From contig CAXXGO010000001.1 in NCBI GenBank assembly GCA_963666835.2, forward strand, positions 800,001 to 864,000: a stretch of DNA of 64,000 nucleotides, read 5' to 3'. Made by a program: the position numbers and the translations under genes. This stretch comes from Phycisphaerae bacterium. GTDB taxonomy: Bacteria; Planctomycetota; Phycisphaerae; UBA1845. The notes beneath the pieces are model-generated. The model worked only from the letters and a program-made list of their open reading frames with translations, did no database searches and was not told where the DNA came from. Position 1 is the stretch's first letter, and each line of letters begins with the position of its first letter. Of the stretch, positions 17,839 through 26,899 are shown one piece after another.

Positions 17839-19860
17839 TCAACAGGTGCCACGCCTTACGACGAAGACCAGCTTAGCACCCGTCAGTATCAGCAGGACCA
17901 AGATAACGAGCCCCCACGCCGATACTGTGGGAATAGCTGAAACGCATTCAGGGCCGAAGACGGCGTCGTCCACGCCAAGGCATTGGTCGATACAGTCGAG
18001 TACCCCGTCTCCGTCAGCGTCACCTTCATCGGGTACGCCGCAACCGCACACCCCTGGAGCAGCCTTGCCCGGGTCGAGCGGACATCCGTCGCAACCGTCC
18101 GGTATGCCATCGTCGTCTTCGTCGGCGTTATCGTCAAAACCCGGGCAAGCATCGACCGACTCACAAACGCCGTCGCCGTCGGTATCGTCCGGATTGTCCA
18201 ATGGGCAGGGGTCGTCGCTATCGCACGCGCCATCGCCGTCAGTGTCGTCCGGGTTGTCATTTGGACAAGGGTCATCACTGTCGCACACCCCATCCCCGTC
18301 GGTATCGTCAGGGTTGTCGTACGGGCAAGGATCGCCACACGCGGCGTCGAGGCCGTCACCGTCGACGTCACCGTCACACACTCCGCCGACGTATGTCCCA
18401 TCGGCCGTGACACAATCGACCGGCGCGAGTTGTACGCACGAGGTATCCGCCAAGCAGCAAGCTCCGGGGCCGTACTTGGTCACGAAGACGTCGTAGTCGC
18501 CGGCGCTGGTCAGCGTGAGATGTCCAAAGGTTGCCGTGCCCTCACCAAAGGTGCCTGTCACATAGGGGTTGCCGGCGGCGTCAAGGGCGACGTCATTGCC
18601 AACGCATCGCGGCGGCCCCCCGGCCGAGTCAACCCACAGCACGTTGCCGTCACCATCGTACTCGGCCAGGAACATGTCAAAGAAACCGGCACTGGTCAGC
18701 GTGAACGCCCCGAACGTTGCGGTGTTCTCGAATTCTCCCGTCACGTGGCTGATGCCGGCTTCGTCAACGGCGATGCCGAGGCTCTTACTCCAGTGCGGCG
18801 GCCCCCCGGCCGATCGAGCCCAGAGCACGTTACCGCCGGTGTCGTACTTAACGACAAAGATGCTGTGATTGCCTACGCTGGTTAGGGTGAACGAGCCGAA
18901 AGTCGCCGTACCGAAAAACGCGCCGGTCACATAGCTATTGCCCACGGGGTCAGCAGCAATGGCGTAGACGGCTCCATCTATTGTCCCAGCCGATTGAGCC
19001 CAGAGAACGTTGCCGCCGGCGTCGTATTTGGCCAGAAACAACTCCGAGTCCGCAGTGGTGGGTAGGGTGACCGAGCCGAAGGTCGCCGGACCTCGGTAGC
19101 CCCCCGTTATGTAGCAGTTGTCAGCGGTGTCGACGGCAATATCGTAGGTCTGGTCCTTTGCGGTGCCTCCGCCCGACCGGGCCCAGCTTACGTTGCCGCC
19201 GGGGTCGTACTTGACCACGAACACGTCCCGGCCACCCGCACTGGTCAGGGTGAACGAGCCGAAGGTCGCCATACCGTCGAATTCGCCCGTAACATAGCTG
19301 TTGCCGGCAGCGTCGACGGCGAGGCCTCCAACACTATCCCACACGCTTCCCTCGGCCGACTGGGCCCAGAGCACATTGCCACCGGTATCGTACTTGACCA
19401 GGTAGATGCCCCAGTCACCCGCACTGGCAAGCGCGAACGGGGCAAAGGTCACCGTGCCCTGGAAGGTGCCCGTTACGTAGCTATTGCCGGCGGCATCGAC
19501 GCCAATGCCGAAGACGACCTTTCCCTCCGATCCTTTACCCGATTGAGCCCAGAGCACATTTCCGGTGGTGTCGTACTTGGCCACGAAAACGTCGCTTTCG
19601 CCGGCACTGGTCAGAGCGAACGAGCCGAACGTCGCCGTACCGTCAAACCTGCCCGTAACGTAGCTGTTGCCGGTGCCGTCAACCGCGATGTAGGAGCTTG
19701 TGTCGCTCAGTACTCCTCCGGCCGACACGGCCCACTCGGTGAATTGAGCCTGTCCAACGCTCGGGAACAGGGCTACCCAGAGCGCAAACAAAACGCCCAC
19801 CCGGCAGGATCGCCGGCCAAGCCCAGCCCAAAGGCCGATTATCGATTGTCGGATGGCCAT
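17839..19860 (-). CDS. Secreted beta-propeller (SBBP-like repeat) protein with thrombospondin type-3-like repeats and an IPTL-CTERM-like sorting signal
   Basis: About seven repeats of IAVD..GNSYVTG.F.G.ATFG...LTSAG..D.F..KYD..GNVLWA; DPCPxDNPDDTDGDG repeats; C-terminal AIPTVSAWG + TM helix + RR. Confidence 0.88.
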   Translation of the reverse strand: MAIRQSIIGLWAGLGRRSCRVGVLFALWVALFPSVGQAQFTEWAVSAGGVLSDTSSYIAVDGTGNSYVTGRFDGTATFGSFALTSAGESDVFVAKYDTTGNVLWAQSGKGSEGKVVFGIGVDAAGNSYVTGTFQGTVTFAPFALASAGDWGIYLVKYDTGGNVLWAQSAEGSVWDSVGGLAVDAAGNSYVTGEFDGMATFGSFTLTSAGGRDVFVVKYDPGGNVSWARSGGGTAKDQTYDIAVDTADNCYITGGYRGPATFGSVTLPTTADSELFLAKYDAGGNVLWAQSAGTIDGAVYAIAADPVGNSYVTGAFFGTATFGSFTLTSVGNHSIFVVKYDTGGNVLWARSAGGPPHWSKSLGIAVDEAGISHVTGEFENTATFGAFTLTSAGFFDMFLAEYDGDGNVLWVDSAGGPPRCVGNDVALDAAGNPYVTGTFGEGTATFGHLTLTSAGDYDVFVTKYGPGACCLADTSCVQLAPVDCVTADGTYVGGVCDGDVDGDGLDAACGDPCPYDNPDDTDGDGVCDSDDPCPNDNPDDTDGDGACDSDDPCPLDNPDDTDGDGVCESVDACPGFDDNADEDDDGIPDGCDGCPLDPGKAAPGVCGCGVPDEGDADGDGVLDCIDQCLGVDDAVFGPECVSAIPTVSAWGLVILVLLILTGAKLVFVVRRGTC
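18150..18333 (-). repeat. Three tandem ~60-bp coding repeats (DPCPxDNPDDTDGDGxCDSD)
   Basis: Visible at both DNA and protein level inside the SBBP-like gene. Confidence 0.8.
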
Positions 19861-20233
19861 TTCTTCTCCTCCGTTTGGCGGATTAGCACACAGTGTGCGC
19901 CTCCTGGTTCTCTGTTTGGCCGAATGTGCCTTGGTGCGGGCACCCTACCTTCCCCGCGCATTTCGCATCCGAGCACGATCGCTTGGAGCGACGAGTTACC
20001 GTATATGTTCATCGTGTGGCAGCCGACTCCGTGCCGGCCGCTGACCCTTGGACGCGTTTAAGATGCGATTGTCTGCCGCGGGAAGAACGCTGACTTCGGA
20101 ACGATGCATCGCCACGCCCAACCTGTTGCATACACAGTGATAATCCTACCAGGACCGGGCGCCCAATGCAACCAATTTCTCCCGTTTTCCGTCTCCGAAG
20201 TCGCCGTGACAAGGCCATCTGCGTCCAATCTCA

Positions 20234-20437
20234 AACCAAACGTCGCATAAACCGGAGGCTTCGATTCGTTTGAACGACAGAATTCCCCGGCGAATCGCAT
20301 TCGTTTGCTGACCGCCGGCCGGTGTTAGGAAACCTCGCGTTGCGTGAAGTTGGCTGGCCGGGCGATCGGATTGCGGAAACACCGGTTCTCAATGCTCCGA
20401 GCCAAACGAATCGACCCGATTCATGCGAGGTTTGGGT
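20234..20437. repeat. Imperfect ~35-40 bp inverted repeat with a ~130-bp spacer
   Basis: ACCAAACGTCGCATAAACCGG...TCGATTCGTTTG (20234-20272) versus the reverse complement of 20403-20437, CCCAAACCTCGCATGAATCGGGTCGATTCGTTTG. Confidence 0.6.
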
Positions 20438-20557
20438 CACACGGGGTTGGCGTGCAATCCGCGACCTTCGGGATGGCGTTATTGATGGAGGGTACAGACA
20501 CCCCGCCGAAGACGTCTCTTCATGCTGCAAGTTGGAATCGGCTCGGAGCCAGTCCGC

Positions 20558-22591
20558 TTAGTCGACCGCCGGATAGGCGCCGGTTGCGCCGTCGAATAAC
20601 ACCTCGCAGTCTGGAAGGGCTTTGAGGAACTTCCGACCGTAGGGTTTGCTTCGTATGCGCGGGTCGAGAATGACGATCGTTCCCCGGTCCGTGTGGGTGC
20701 GGACCAATCGGCCGATCCCTTGTTTGAACTTCAAGATGGCTTCCGGAAGCTGATAGTCCATGAACGGGCTGCCCCCGGCGGCGCGAATCCGCTCCAATCG
20801 GGCCTCCACCACCGGCTGGCTCGGCGCGGCGAACGGCAGTTTGACGATGATCACATTGCTAAGCGCCTCGCCGGGTACATCGACGCCCGCCCAGAAAGTG
20901 TCCGTACCGAACAGAACACTGCGCGGGACGGAACGAAACCGGTCCAGCATCATAGAACGCGGCATACCCGAATCCTGGACCAGCAGGGGCATCTCCTCTC
21001 TTTCAAAGAACGATGCCAAATCCATGGCACACTCGCGCATCATCGCATGACTGGTAAACAGAACGAAAGCCCGCCCCTCCGACATGGTCACATACTTGCG
21101 AATCGCGGTAGCCGCGGCAGTTGCGAACGCCGCGCCGTTGCGCGGATCGGGCATGTCGGCCGCCACATGGACTCGCACATTGGCCCGATAGTCGAACGGG
21201 GACCCCAACTGCAGTTCGCGGACCTCATCAAGCCCCAACCTCCCGCGGACGTAGCCGAACGCGTCGTCACCGGAGGTCGCCAAGGTTGCGGAAGTCATCA
21301 CGACGCTTTCGATCTTGTCGAACAGCAGTTCCTTGAGAATCGGACCGGCGTCGATCGGGCGAGCTCCGAGCCTGAGGTGCTGCCGCTGTCGCCCGAACGC
21401 CTCCACCCAGTACACCCAGTCCTCGAAGCTATGCTCGTGCCAGGCGCCCACCCCTGCGGCCAGCGCCTTGCACCGTTCCACCTGAGCTGACAGTTCGGCC
21501 CGATCCTCCTGGTCATCGATCTCGCTGCCCAGGGCTCGGATCTCCTGTTGAAGATCGGTCAACGCCGCGCCGACCGGCTGATTCAACGGCGGCGGTTCAA
21601 TCAGCCGACCGTTCCAATCCGGCTGCCGGACCATGAAGCCGCGGAGGTCGTCCAGGTAGCATTTGACCGCCGATTTTGTGCGGATCACGGATGCGATGGC
21701 TTCGCCCGCCTGCTTGCCGCGCAGGATCCCCTTGCCCGTACGTTCGTTGTGCAGCATGTTCAACAGGTGGGATAGCTGCGCACTGGTTACACTGCCGCCC
21801 AGATGATCGCCCGCGACGGATTCCACCGTATGGGCCTCGTCGAGAACGACAGCCGTGTAGTCAGGCAGAATCGACGCCCCTTGCCGCCGCACGGCCAGGT
21901 CTGAGAAAAGCAGCGCGTGATTGACGACCAGGAGCTGCGCCGCCCCGATCTGCCGCCGAGCCCGCTGGTAGAAGCAGCGCGCATGGTATGGGCACCGCCG
22001 ACCCAGGCACGCGTCCGATTCGCTGCAGACTTTGTCCCACACGGACTGGCGCGGTTGCCAGTCCAGATCGGCCAACGATCCGTCCTCGGTTTCATACGCC
22101 CAGTCTTCGAGCCGGTGCAACTCGGCCACCTCGTCGTCGGTGTCGAAAAGATAGCCCTGCCCCTTGCTCGCCCGGGCCATCCGCCGCAATCCGACGTAGT
22201 TCGCCCGCCCCTTGACCAACACGGCCGTGAACTCTTCGGGGTAGATCTTCTGCAGGAAAGGAATGTCCTTTTCGATAAGCTGTTCCTGCAGGGCGATGGT
22301 GTGCGTGCTGACGATGACCCGGCGGGACTTGCTCAGGGCATGTTCGATGGCCGGGATAAGGTAGGCGAAGCTCTTTCCGACCCCGGTCCCGGCCTCGACA
22401 ACCAAGTGCTCGCCATCGGCCATAGCTCCCGCTACCGCTTCGGCCATTTCGAGCTGCTGCTGACGAACCTCGTAGTTGGGCAGCGTTTTCGCTACCCGCC
22501 CATCCTGCCCCAGAATCTCAATATGTCCCGCCAACCGCTCCGTCTCCGTTAGCCTATGGGCCTTAAGCTCGCTGAACACCGAGTCCATCAC
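20558..22591 (-). CDS. DinG/YoaA family ATP-dependent DNA helicase
   Basis: EAGTGVGKSFAYL, LQEQL, KGRANY, LDEAH, FWAGVDVPG, KQGIGRLVR...D.R; Cys cluster C..DAC..RRCP...RCF. Confidence 0.93.
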   Translation of the reverse strand: MMDSVFSELKAHRLTETERLAGHIEILGQDGRVAKTLPNYEVRQQQLEMAEAVAGAMADGEHLVVEAGTGVGKSFAYLIPAIEHALSKSRRVIVSTHTIALQEQLIEKDIPFLQKIYPEEFTAVLVKGRANYVGLRRMARASKGQGYLFDTDDEVAELHRLEDWAYETEDGSLADLDWQPRQSVWDKVCSESDACLGRRCPYHARCFYQRARRQIGAAQLLVVNHALLFSDLAVRRQGASILPDYTAVVLDEAHTVESVAGDHLGGSVTSAQLSHLLNMLHNERTGKGILRGKQAGEAIASVIRTKSAVKCYLDDLRGFMVRQPDWNGRLIEPPPLNQPVGAALTDLQQEIRALGSEIDDQEDRAELSAQVERCKALAAGVGAWHEHSFEDWVYWVEAFGRQRQHLRLGARPIDAGPILKELLFDKIESVVMTSATLATSGDDAFGYVRGRLGLDEVRELQLGSPFDYRANVRVHVAADMPDPRNGAAFATAAATAIRKYVTMSEGRAFVLFTSHAMMRECAMDLASFFEREEMPLLVQDSGMPRSMMLDRFRSVPRSVLFGTDTFWAGVDVPGEALSNVIIVKLPFAAPSQPVVEARLERIRAAGGSPFMDYQLPEAILKFKQGIGRLVRTHTDRGTIVILDPRIRSKPYGRKFLKALPDCEVLFDGATGAYPAVD

Positions 22592-22802
22592 AGGAACTCG
22601 AAACCACGCCGATAGTCGGCCCGGAGGTCACCGTCAGGCGGGGAGGCCTCCTTCCGAACGTCTGCTTCCCGTGCTCGTTCAGCGTAGCCGGTCACAGAGC
22701 GCAAGCCAAGGAGGGGACCTCGTAATCCGGTGGTGCTTGGCGATGTAGCGCGGGCACGGCAGTCCCTTTGTCCTTGCACGACGACGCGCGTAGAATCCGG
22801 CC

Positions 22803-23912
22803 ATGGCCGTGGTGGATCTTCCGGGACAGGTTGAGCCGCAATCGATCCTGGTCGTACTGCCCACCTGGGTGGGCGACTTCGTGATGGCGACGCCTATTCT
22901 GCGCGCAATCCGCAAGCGTTTTCCCAAGGCTAGAATTACGTTCTTGATGGAGCCCAACTTGCATGATCTCGTGCGGGGCGGGGATTGGATGGACGAGTGC
23001 CTCGAGTGGCCTCCAAAGGAGCGGCGCAAGCCATGGAACCGTGAGTATCGCAAGGTCGCGGCCGCCTTGCGAGCCCGGCGGCTTGACTGGGCGGTGATGC
23101 TTCCGAACTCGGCCCGGTCGGCGTTGATTGCTTTCATGGCCCGAGCTAAACGTCGAATCGGCTACAATCGCGACGGACGCGGTTTCTTGTTAACCGACCG
23201 CGTTCCGGTGAAGAACCGCGTGGACGGCAAGTTCGTTCCGGTACCGATGGTGGAACATTACGCGGACCTTGCCAAGGCGATCGGCTGTGAGCGGCCTTCC
23301 GATCGGCTCGAGCTGTTCACTACTCCGGATTGCGATGAGTCCGTCCGGCAACGCCTCGAAGGAGTGGGGGCGAGGGGCTCCGGACCGCTGGTCGTCATCA
23401 GCCCGGGGGCGAAATACGGCGCCGCCAAGTGCTGGCCACCGGATCGGTTCGCCTGCGTGGCAGATCGGCTGGTAGAAGAGCAAGGCGCGTCCGTCGTCAT
23501 CACGTGCGGTCCGGGCGAGGAGGGAATCGCTCGGAGTATCGGCTCTGCCATGAAGCAGCGGGGGCTCGTCTTCGACGATCCGCGTTTGACGCTCGGTGAG
23601 TTAAAGTCGCTTGTTCGGCGGTGCGACCTGCTGATCTGTAACGATGCCGGGCCTCGGCATTTTGCCAAGGCCTTTGATGTTCCCGTTGTGACCGTGTTCG
23701 GTCCCACCCATGTCGAGTGGACGGCCACAAGCTACGCCGCGGAACGGATCGTGCGCATTGACGTCGACTGCGGGCCCTGCCAGAAGCGCGATTGCCCTTT
23801 GGGGCACGTTAAGTGCATGACGGGAGTCACCGTCGACGCAGTATTCGGGGCCGCAATCGAGCTGCTCTCCGAGAACACAACTTCGCAGGCTGTCGATGAC
23901 CAACATGGCTAG
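22803..23912 (+). CDS. waaF: Lipopolysaccharide heptosyltransferase II (GT9)
   Basis: LPTWVGDFVMATP, PGAKYGAAKCWP, NDAGPRHFAKA, FGPT, CGPCQKRDCPLGH.CM. Confidence 0.85.
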   Translation: MAVVDLPGQVEPQSILVVLPTWVGDFVMATPILRAIRKRFPKARITFLMEPNLHDLVRGGDWMDECLEWPPKERRKPWNREYRKVAAALRARRLDWAVMLPNSARSALIAFMARAKRRIGYNRDGRGFLLTDRVPVKNRVDGKFVPVPMVEHYADLAKAIGCERPSDRLELFTTPDCDESVRQRLEGVGARGSGPLVVISPGAKYGAAKCWPPDRFACVADRLVEEQGASVVITCGPGEEGIARSIGSAMKQRGLVFDDPRLTLGELKSLVRRCDLLICNDAGPRHFAKAFDVPVVTVFGPTHVEWTATSYAAERIVRIDVDCGPCQKRDCPLGHVKCMTGVTVDAVFGAAIELLSENTTSQAVDDQHG

Positions 23913-24777
23913 TCCTCCATCGACAAAGCTGGTTTCGCTAAACGACCTAACGGTAGTGGCCGGCAACGAGGAGCTGCTGCAGGCTAACGGTCTCGATTCG
24001 CTCGATGCCCTGTTCGTGCCGGAGCCGGGTGAGGCCTTGGACAAGCCCGGGTTGGAGTCGTGGCGGGAGCGTTTCCGGCTGACCTTAGAGGGCGTGGGGG
24101 CTGGCAGAACGGCGTATCTGAAGCGTTTTCGAGATCCTCCGCCCGCGGCGCGGCGCGAGGTGCGCCGCGCGGCCAACGGCGCGCGCAGTGTGGCCGGTCT
24201 GGAATGGAGCTGGATGCACAGACTCGCCGCGGACGGCATTCCGTGCGTCAGGCCTATTGCCTGGGGCGAGCAGTTGGAGGGAAGTCGGGAGCGGCGGAGC
24301 GCTGTTATTAGCGCGGCGGTCCCCGGCCGATCGCTGGAGCGGTGGACAGGGGAGTGGTCGTCGGTGGATCGCCCTCGCATTCGCAGTTTGCTGCCGGTGG
24401 CGGCCAGTTTGGTGGCGAGCCTGCACCGCCACGGCTACGTCCATCGAGATTTGTACCTATCGCACGTTTTTTACGAACCGACGGCTTCGCTTGATGAATC
24501 TCTGTGTCTGATCGATTTGCAGCGGGTGAAGCGTCCGGTCTGGTTCACTGAGCGGTGGCTGGTCAAAGACCTGGCGGCCTTGAACTACTCCACTCCGGCG
24601 TCGCTCGTATCCCGGACGGATCGTCTGCGCTGGTTGAAGCTGTACCTTGGGGGAAAGACAATCGACGCGCGTGCCAAACGGCTAGCCTGGCGGGTCGTCG
24701 GCAAGACGCTTCAGATTGCCCGACACGATCGACGGAGGTTGGCTCGGGTTGCCAAGAGAGGCGGTGCGGGTCGATGA
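23896..24777 (+). CDS. LPS kinase (Kdo/WaaP, InaA-like) family protein
   Basis: YLKRF, LHRHGYVHRDLYLSH, LIDLQR, KDLAAL; overlaps the waaF stop. Confidence 0.85.
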   Translation: MTNMASPPSTKLVSLNDLTVVAGNEELLQANGLDSLDALFVPEPGEALDKPGLESWRERFRLTLEGVGAGRTAYLKRFRDPPPAARREVRRAANGARSVAGLEWSWMHRLAADGIPCVRPIAWGEQLEGSRERRSAVISAAVPGRSLERWTGEWSSVDRPRIRSLLPVAASLVASLHRHGYVHRDLYLSHVFYEPTASLDESLCLIDLQRVKRPVWFTERWLVKDLAALNYSTPASLVSRTDRLRWLKLYLGGKTIDARAKRLAWRVVGKTLQIARHDRRRLARVAKRGGAGR

Positions 24778-25946
24778 GAGTGGCGCTGATTTCAGAGTGG
24801 TTGGACGCCTGGCGCGGCGGCGCTGAGAAATCGACTCTCCAGTTTCTGCACCATTTGATGGGCAGCGGAGTCGAGCTGCACGTCTTTACGCGCAGCCGCC
24901 CGTCTCCCACCCCGGGCATGGCCGTGCATACGATCAGCGGAGCCGCCATGTCACGCACCCGGCGCAGTATGACGTTCGCCCGGCGAGTGGAACGGCTCCT
25001 TCGGTCGGAGACCTTCGACATTGCGCATGCGATATCTCCGTGCCGAGGTATTGACATCTATCAGCCGCGTGGAGGCACCGTCGCCGAATCCGTTCAGCGG
25101 AATCTGGCTTTGCATCGGGCTCCGACGATGCGTCTGGCCAAGCGCCACGCCAACTTATTCAACTTCAAGCAGCGATACATGCTGGCTCTGGAACGGCGCC
25201 TATTCGAATCGCCGGACGGTCCGGTGATCGTGGCCATCTCCGACTACGTCGTGCGGCAACTTCAGAATCATTTCGGGGTGCCCAAGGAACGCATCCGCAA
25301 GATCTACAACGGGGTGAACGTCGATGCGTCGACCACGGAAGAGCGAATTCGCGACCGGATCAGGATCCGGCGGATGTTCTCTATTGCAGATGAAGATTTG
25401 CTGGTGATTCTCGTTGCTCACAACTTCCGTCTCAAGGGCGTTCAACGTTGGATGGAGGCCCTGTCGGTGCTGAACGGGGCCGGGGCAACCGGGATCCGCT
25501 CGATCGTGATCGGCAAAGGGGAGTCGGATCACTGGCACCGAACCGCCGCCCGTTTGGGGATTGCCGACCGGCTGACCTTCGCAGGCCCGAGTGATCGGGT
25601 CCGCGCGTTTCACCATGCCGCGGACGTGCTGGTTCACCCGACCTACTACGACCCCTGCAGCCGCGTGGTCCTTGAAGCGATGGTGGCAGGTCTGCCGGTG
25701 GTGACTACCCGTTGGGATGGCGCCGCCGAGATGGTTGTGGACGGGGAGAACGGATACGTTCTGGATGATCCGGACCATGTGGATCTGCTTGTGGACCGGA
25801 TCGAGCGCCTGCGCGATCGAGACCACCGCGAAGCGCTGGGCGCGGGGGCGGCAAAGGTCGCCGAGCAAGTCAGCATGGCCCGCCACGCCCGAGAGATGCT
25901 CGGCCTGTACGAAGACCTCAGCGCGCCTGCGGAGCGCAAGCCATGA
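24774..25946 (+). CDS. Glycosyltransferase family 4 (WaaG/RfaG-like)
   Basis: GGAE, AHNFRLKG, HPTYYDPCSRVVLEAM..GLPVVTT; ATG overlaps the upstream TGA. Confidence 0.88.
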   Translation: MRVALISEWLDAWRGGAEKSTLQFLHHLMGSGVELHVFTRSRPSPTPGMAVHTISGAAMSRTRRSMTFARRVERLLRSETFDIAHAISPCRGIDIYQPRGGTVAESVQRNLALHRAPTMRLAKRHANLFNFKQRYMLALERRLFESPDGPVIVAISDYVVRQLQNHFGVPKERIRKIYNGVNVDASTTEERIRDRIRIRRMFSIADEDLLVILVAHNFRLKGVQRWMEALSVLNGAGATGIRSIVIGKGESDHWHRTAARLGIADRLTFAGPSDRVRAFHHAADVLVHPTYYDPCSRVVLEAMVAGLPVVTTRWDGAAEMVVDGENGYVLDDPDHVDLLVDRIERLRDRDHREALGAGAAKVAEQVSMARHAREMLGLYEDLSAPAERKP

Positions 25947-26638
25947 CGGTGGGGGCGCTGGTGGCCGGGGCGGTTCTGGGCAGCTACTTAGTCGGCGGAA
26001 TCCCGTTCGGAGTCATCATCGGCAGGATAAAGGGCGTTGACATTCGTCAGGCGGGCAGCGGCAATATCGGGGCCACGAATGTCGGGCGACTACTCGGACG
26101 TCGTTGGGGCGTGATCACCTTCTTCCTCGATGCCGCCAAGGGACTGATCCCGACCGGAACCACGGGGTGGCTTCTGACCCATCATGTTGCCGCGGAAGCT
26201 CTGTCCGACTCGACCCTGGCACTGTATTGGCTGCTGGCGGCCTTCTGTACGGTTCTGGGGCACAACTTCTCCCCGTTTCTCCGTCTGCGCGGTGGGAAGG
26301 GCGTCGCCACGTCGCTCGGCGCGGCGCTGGGGATTTATCCGGACCTATCTCAACCAGCTCTCGTAGCGTTGGTATTGTGGATTGCGGTCGTTGGTTGGTC
26401 GCGGATCAGTTCTCTGGGATCCCTGACGGCCGCTGCAGCCTTCCCGGTGATCTACGTCGTGCTGGCGTGGCACCGGGGCGACTCTCCAACGGGGCATTGG
26501 CCGTACCTTATGTTCTCTCTGCTTATCGCTACCATGCTGATCCTGCGACACCGCGCAAATGTTGCTCGACTGCGGATGGGGACCGAGGCTCGCCTGGAGG
26601 GGAGTGAACGCTCGCCCTCGTCGTCTGATCGGGATTGA
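25943..26638 (+). CDS. plsY: Glycerol-3-phosphate acyltransferase PlsY
   Basis: DIRQAGSGNIGATNV.R, DAAKG, GHNFS...GGKGVAT, RHRANV.RL..G.E. Confidence 0.93.
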   Translation: MTVGALVAGAVLGSYLVGGIPFGVIIGRIKGVDIRQAGSGNIGATNVGRLLGRRWGVITFFLDAAKGLIPTGTTGWLLTHHVAAEALSDSTLALYWLLAAFCTVLGHNFSPFLRLRGGKGVATSLGAALGIYPDLSQPALVALVLWIAVVGWSRISSLGSLTAAAAFPVIYVVLAWHRGDSPTGHWPYLMFSLLIATMLILRHRANVARLRMGTEARLEGSERSPSSSDRD

Positions 26639-26899
26639 GTCACTCGAGTCCGGCGACGCTGGTTCAGGATCACGCCGGCGGCGTCCGAGATTATCGAGGG
26701 GGTCCGAATTCACCGACCGATCATCTCGGCAAAATACGCGCATTTAGCTGATGAGCCCTTGTATAGGGGGTGGTTGCTTTGGTATCTTGTGCCCTTTTGC
26801 CGTCGGCGTGCCCCGGGGCATCGAGGAGGAGATGCGAGCGGCGGGCGCCTAGAATAACGATGGAGCGGGGAATCGAGACTCTATCAGGCGTGTGAAGCG

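Noticed and set aside
18470..19740. ~180-bp periodic DNA repeats
   Set aside because: Explained by the beta-propeller blade repeats of the encoded protein.
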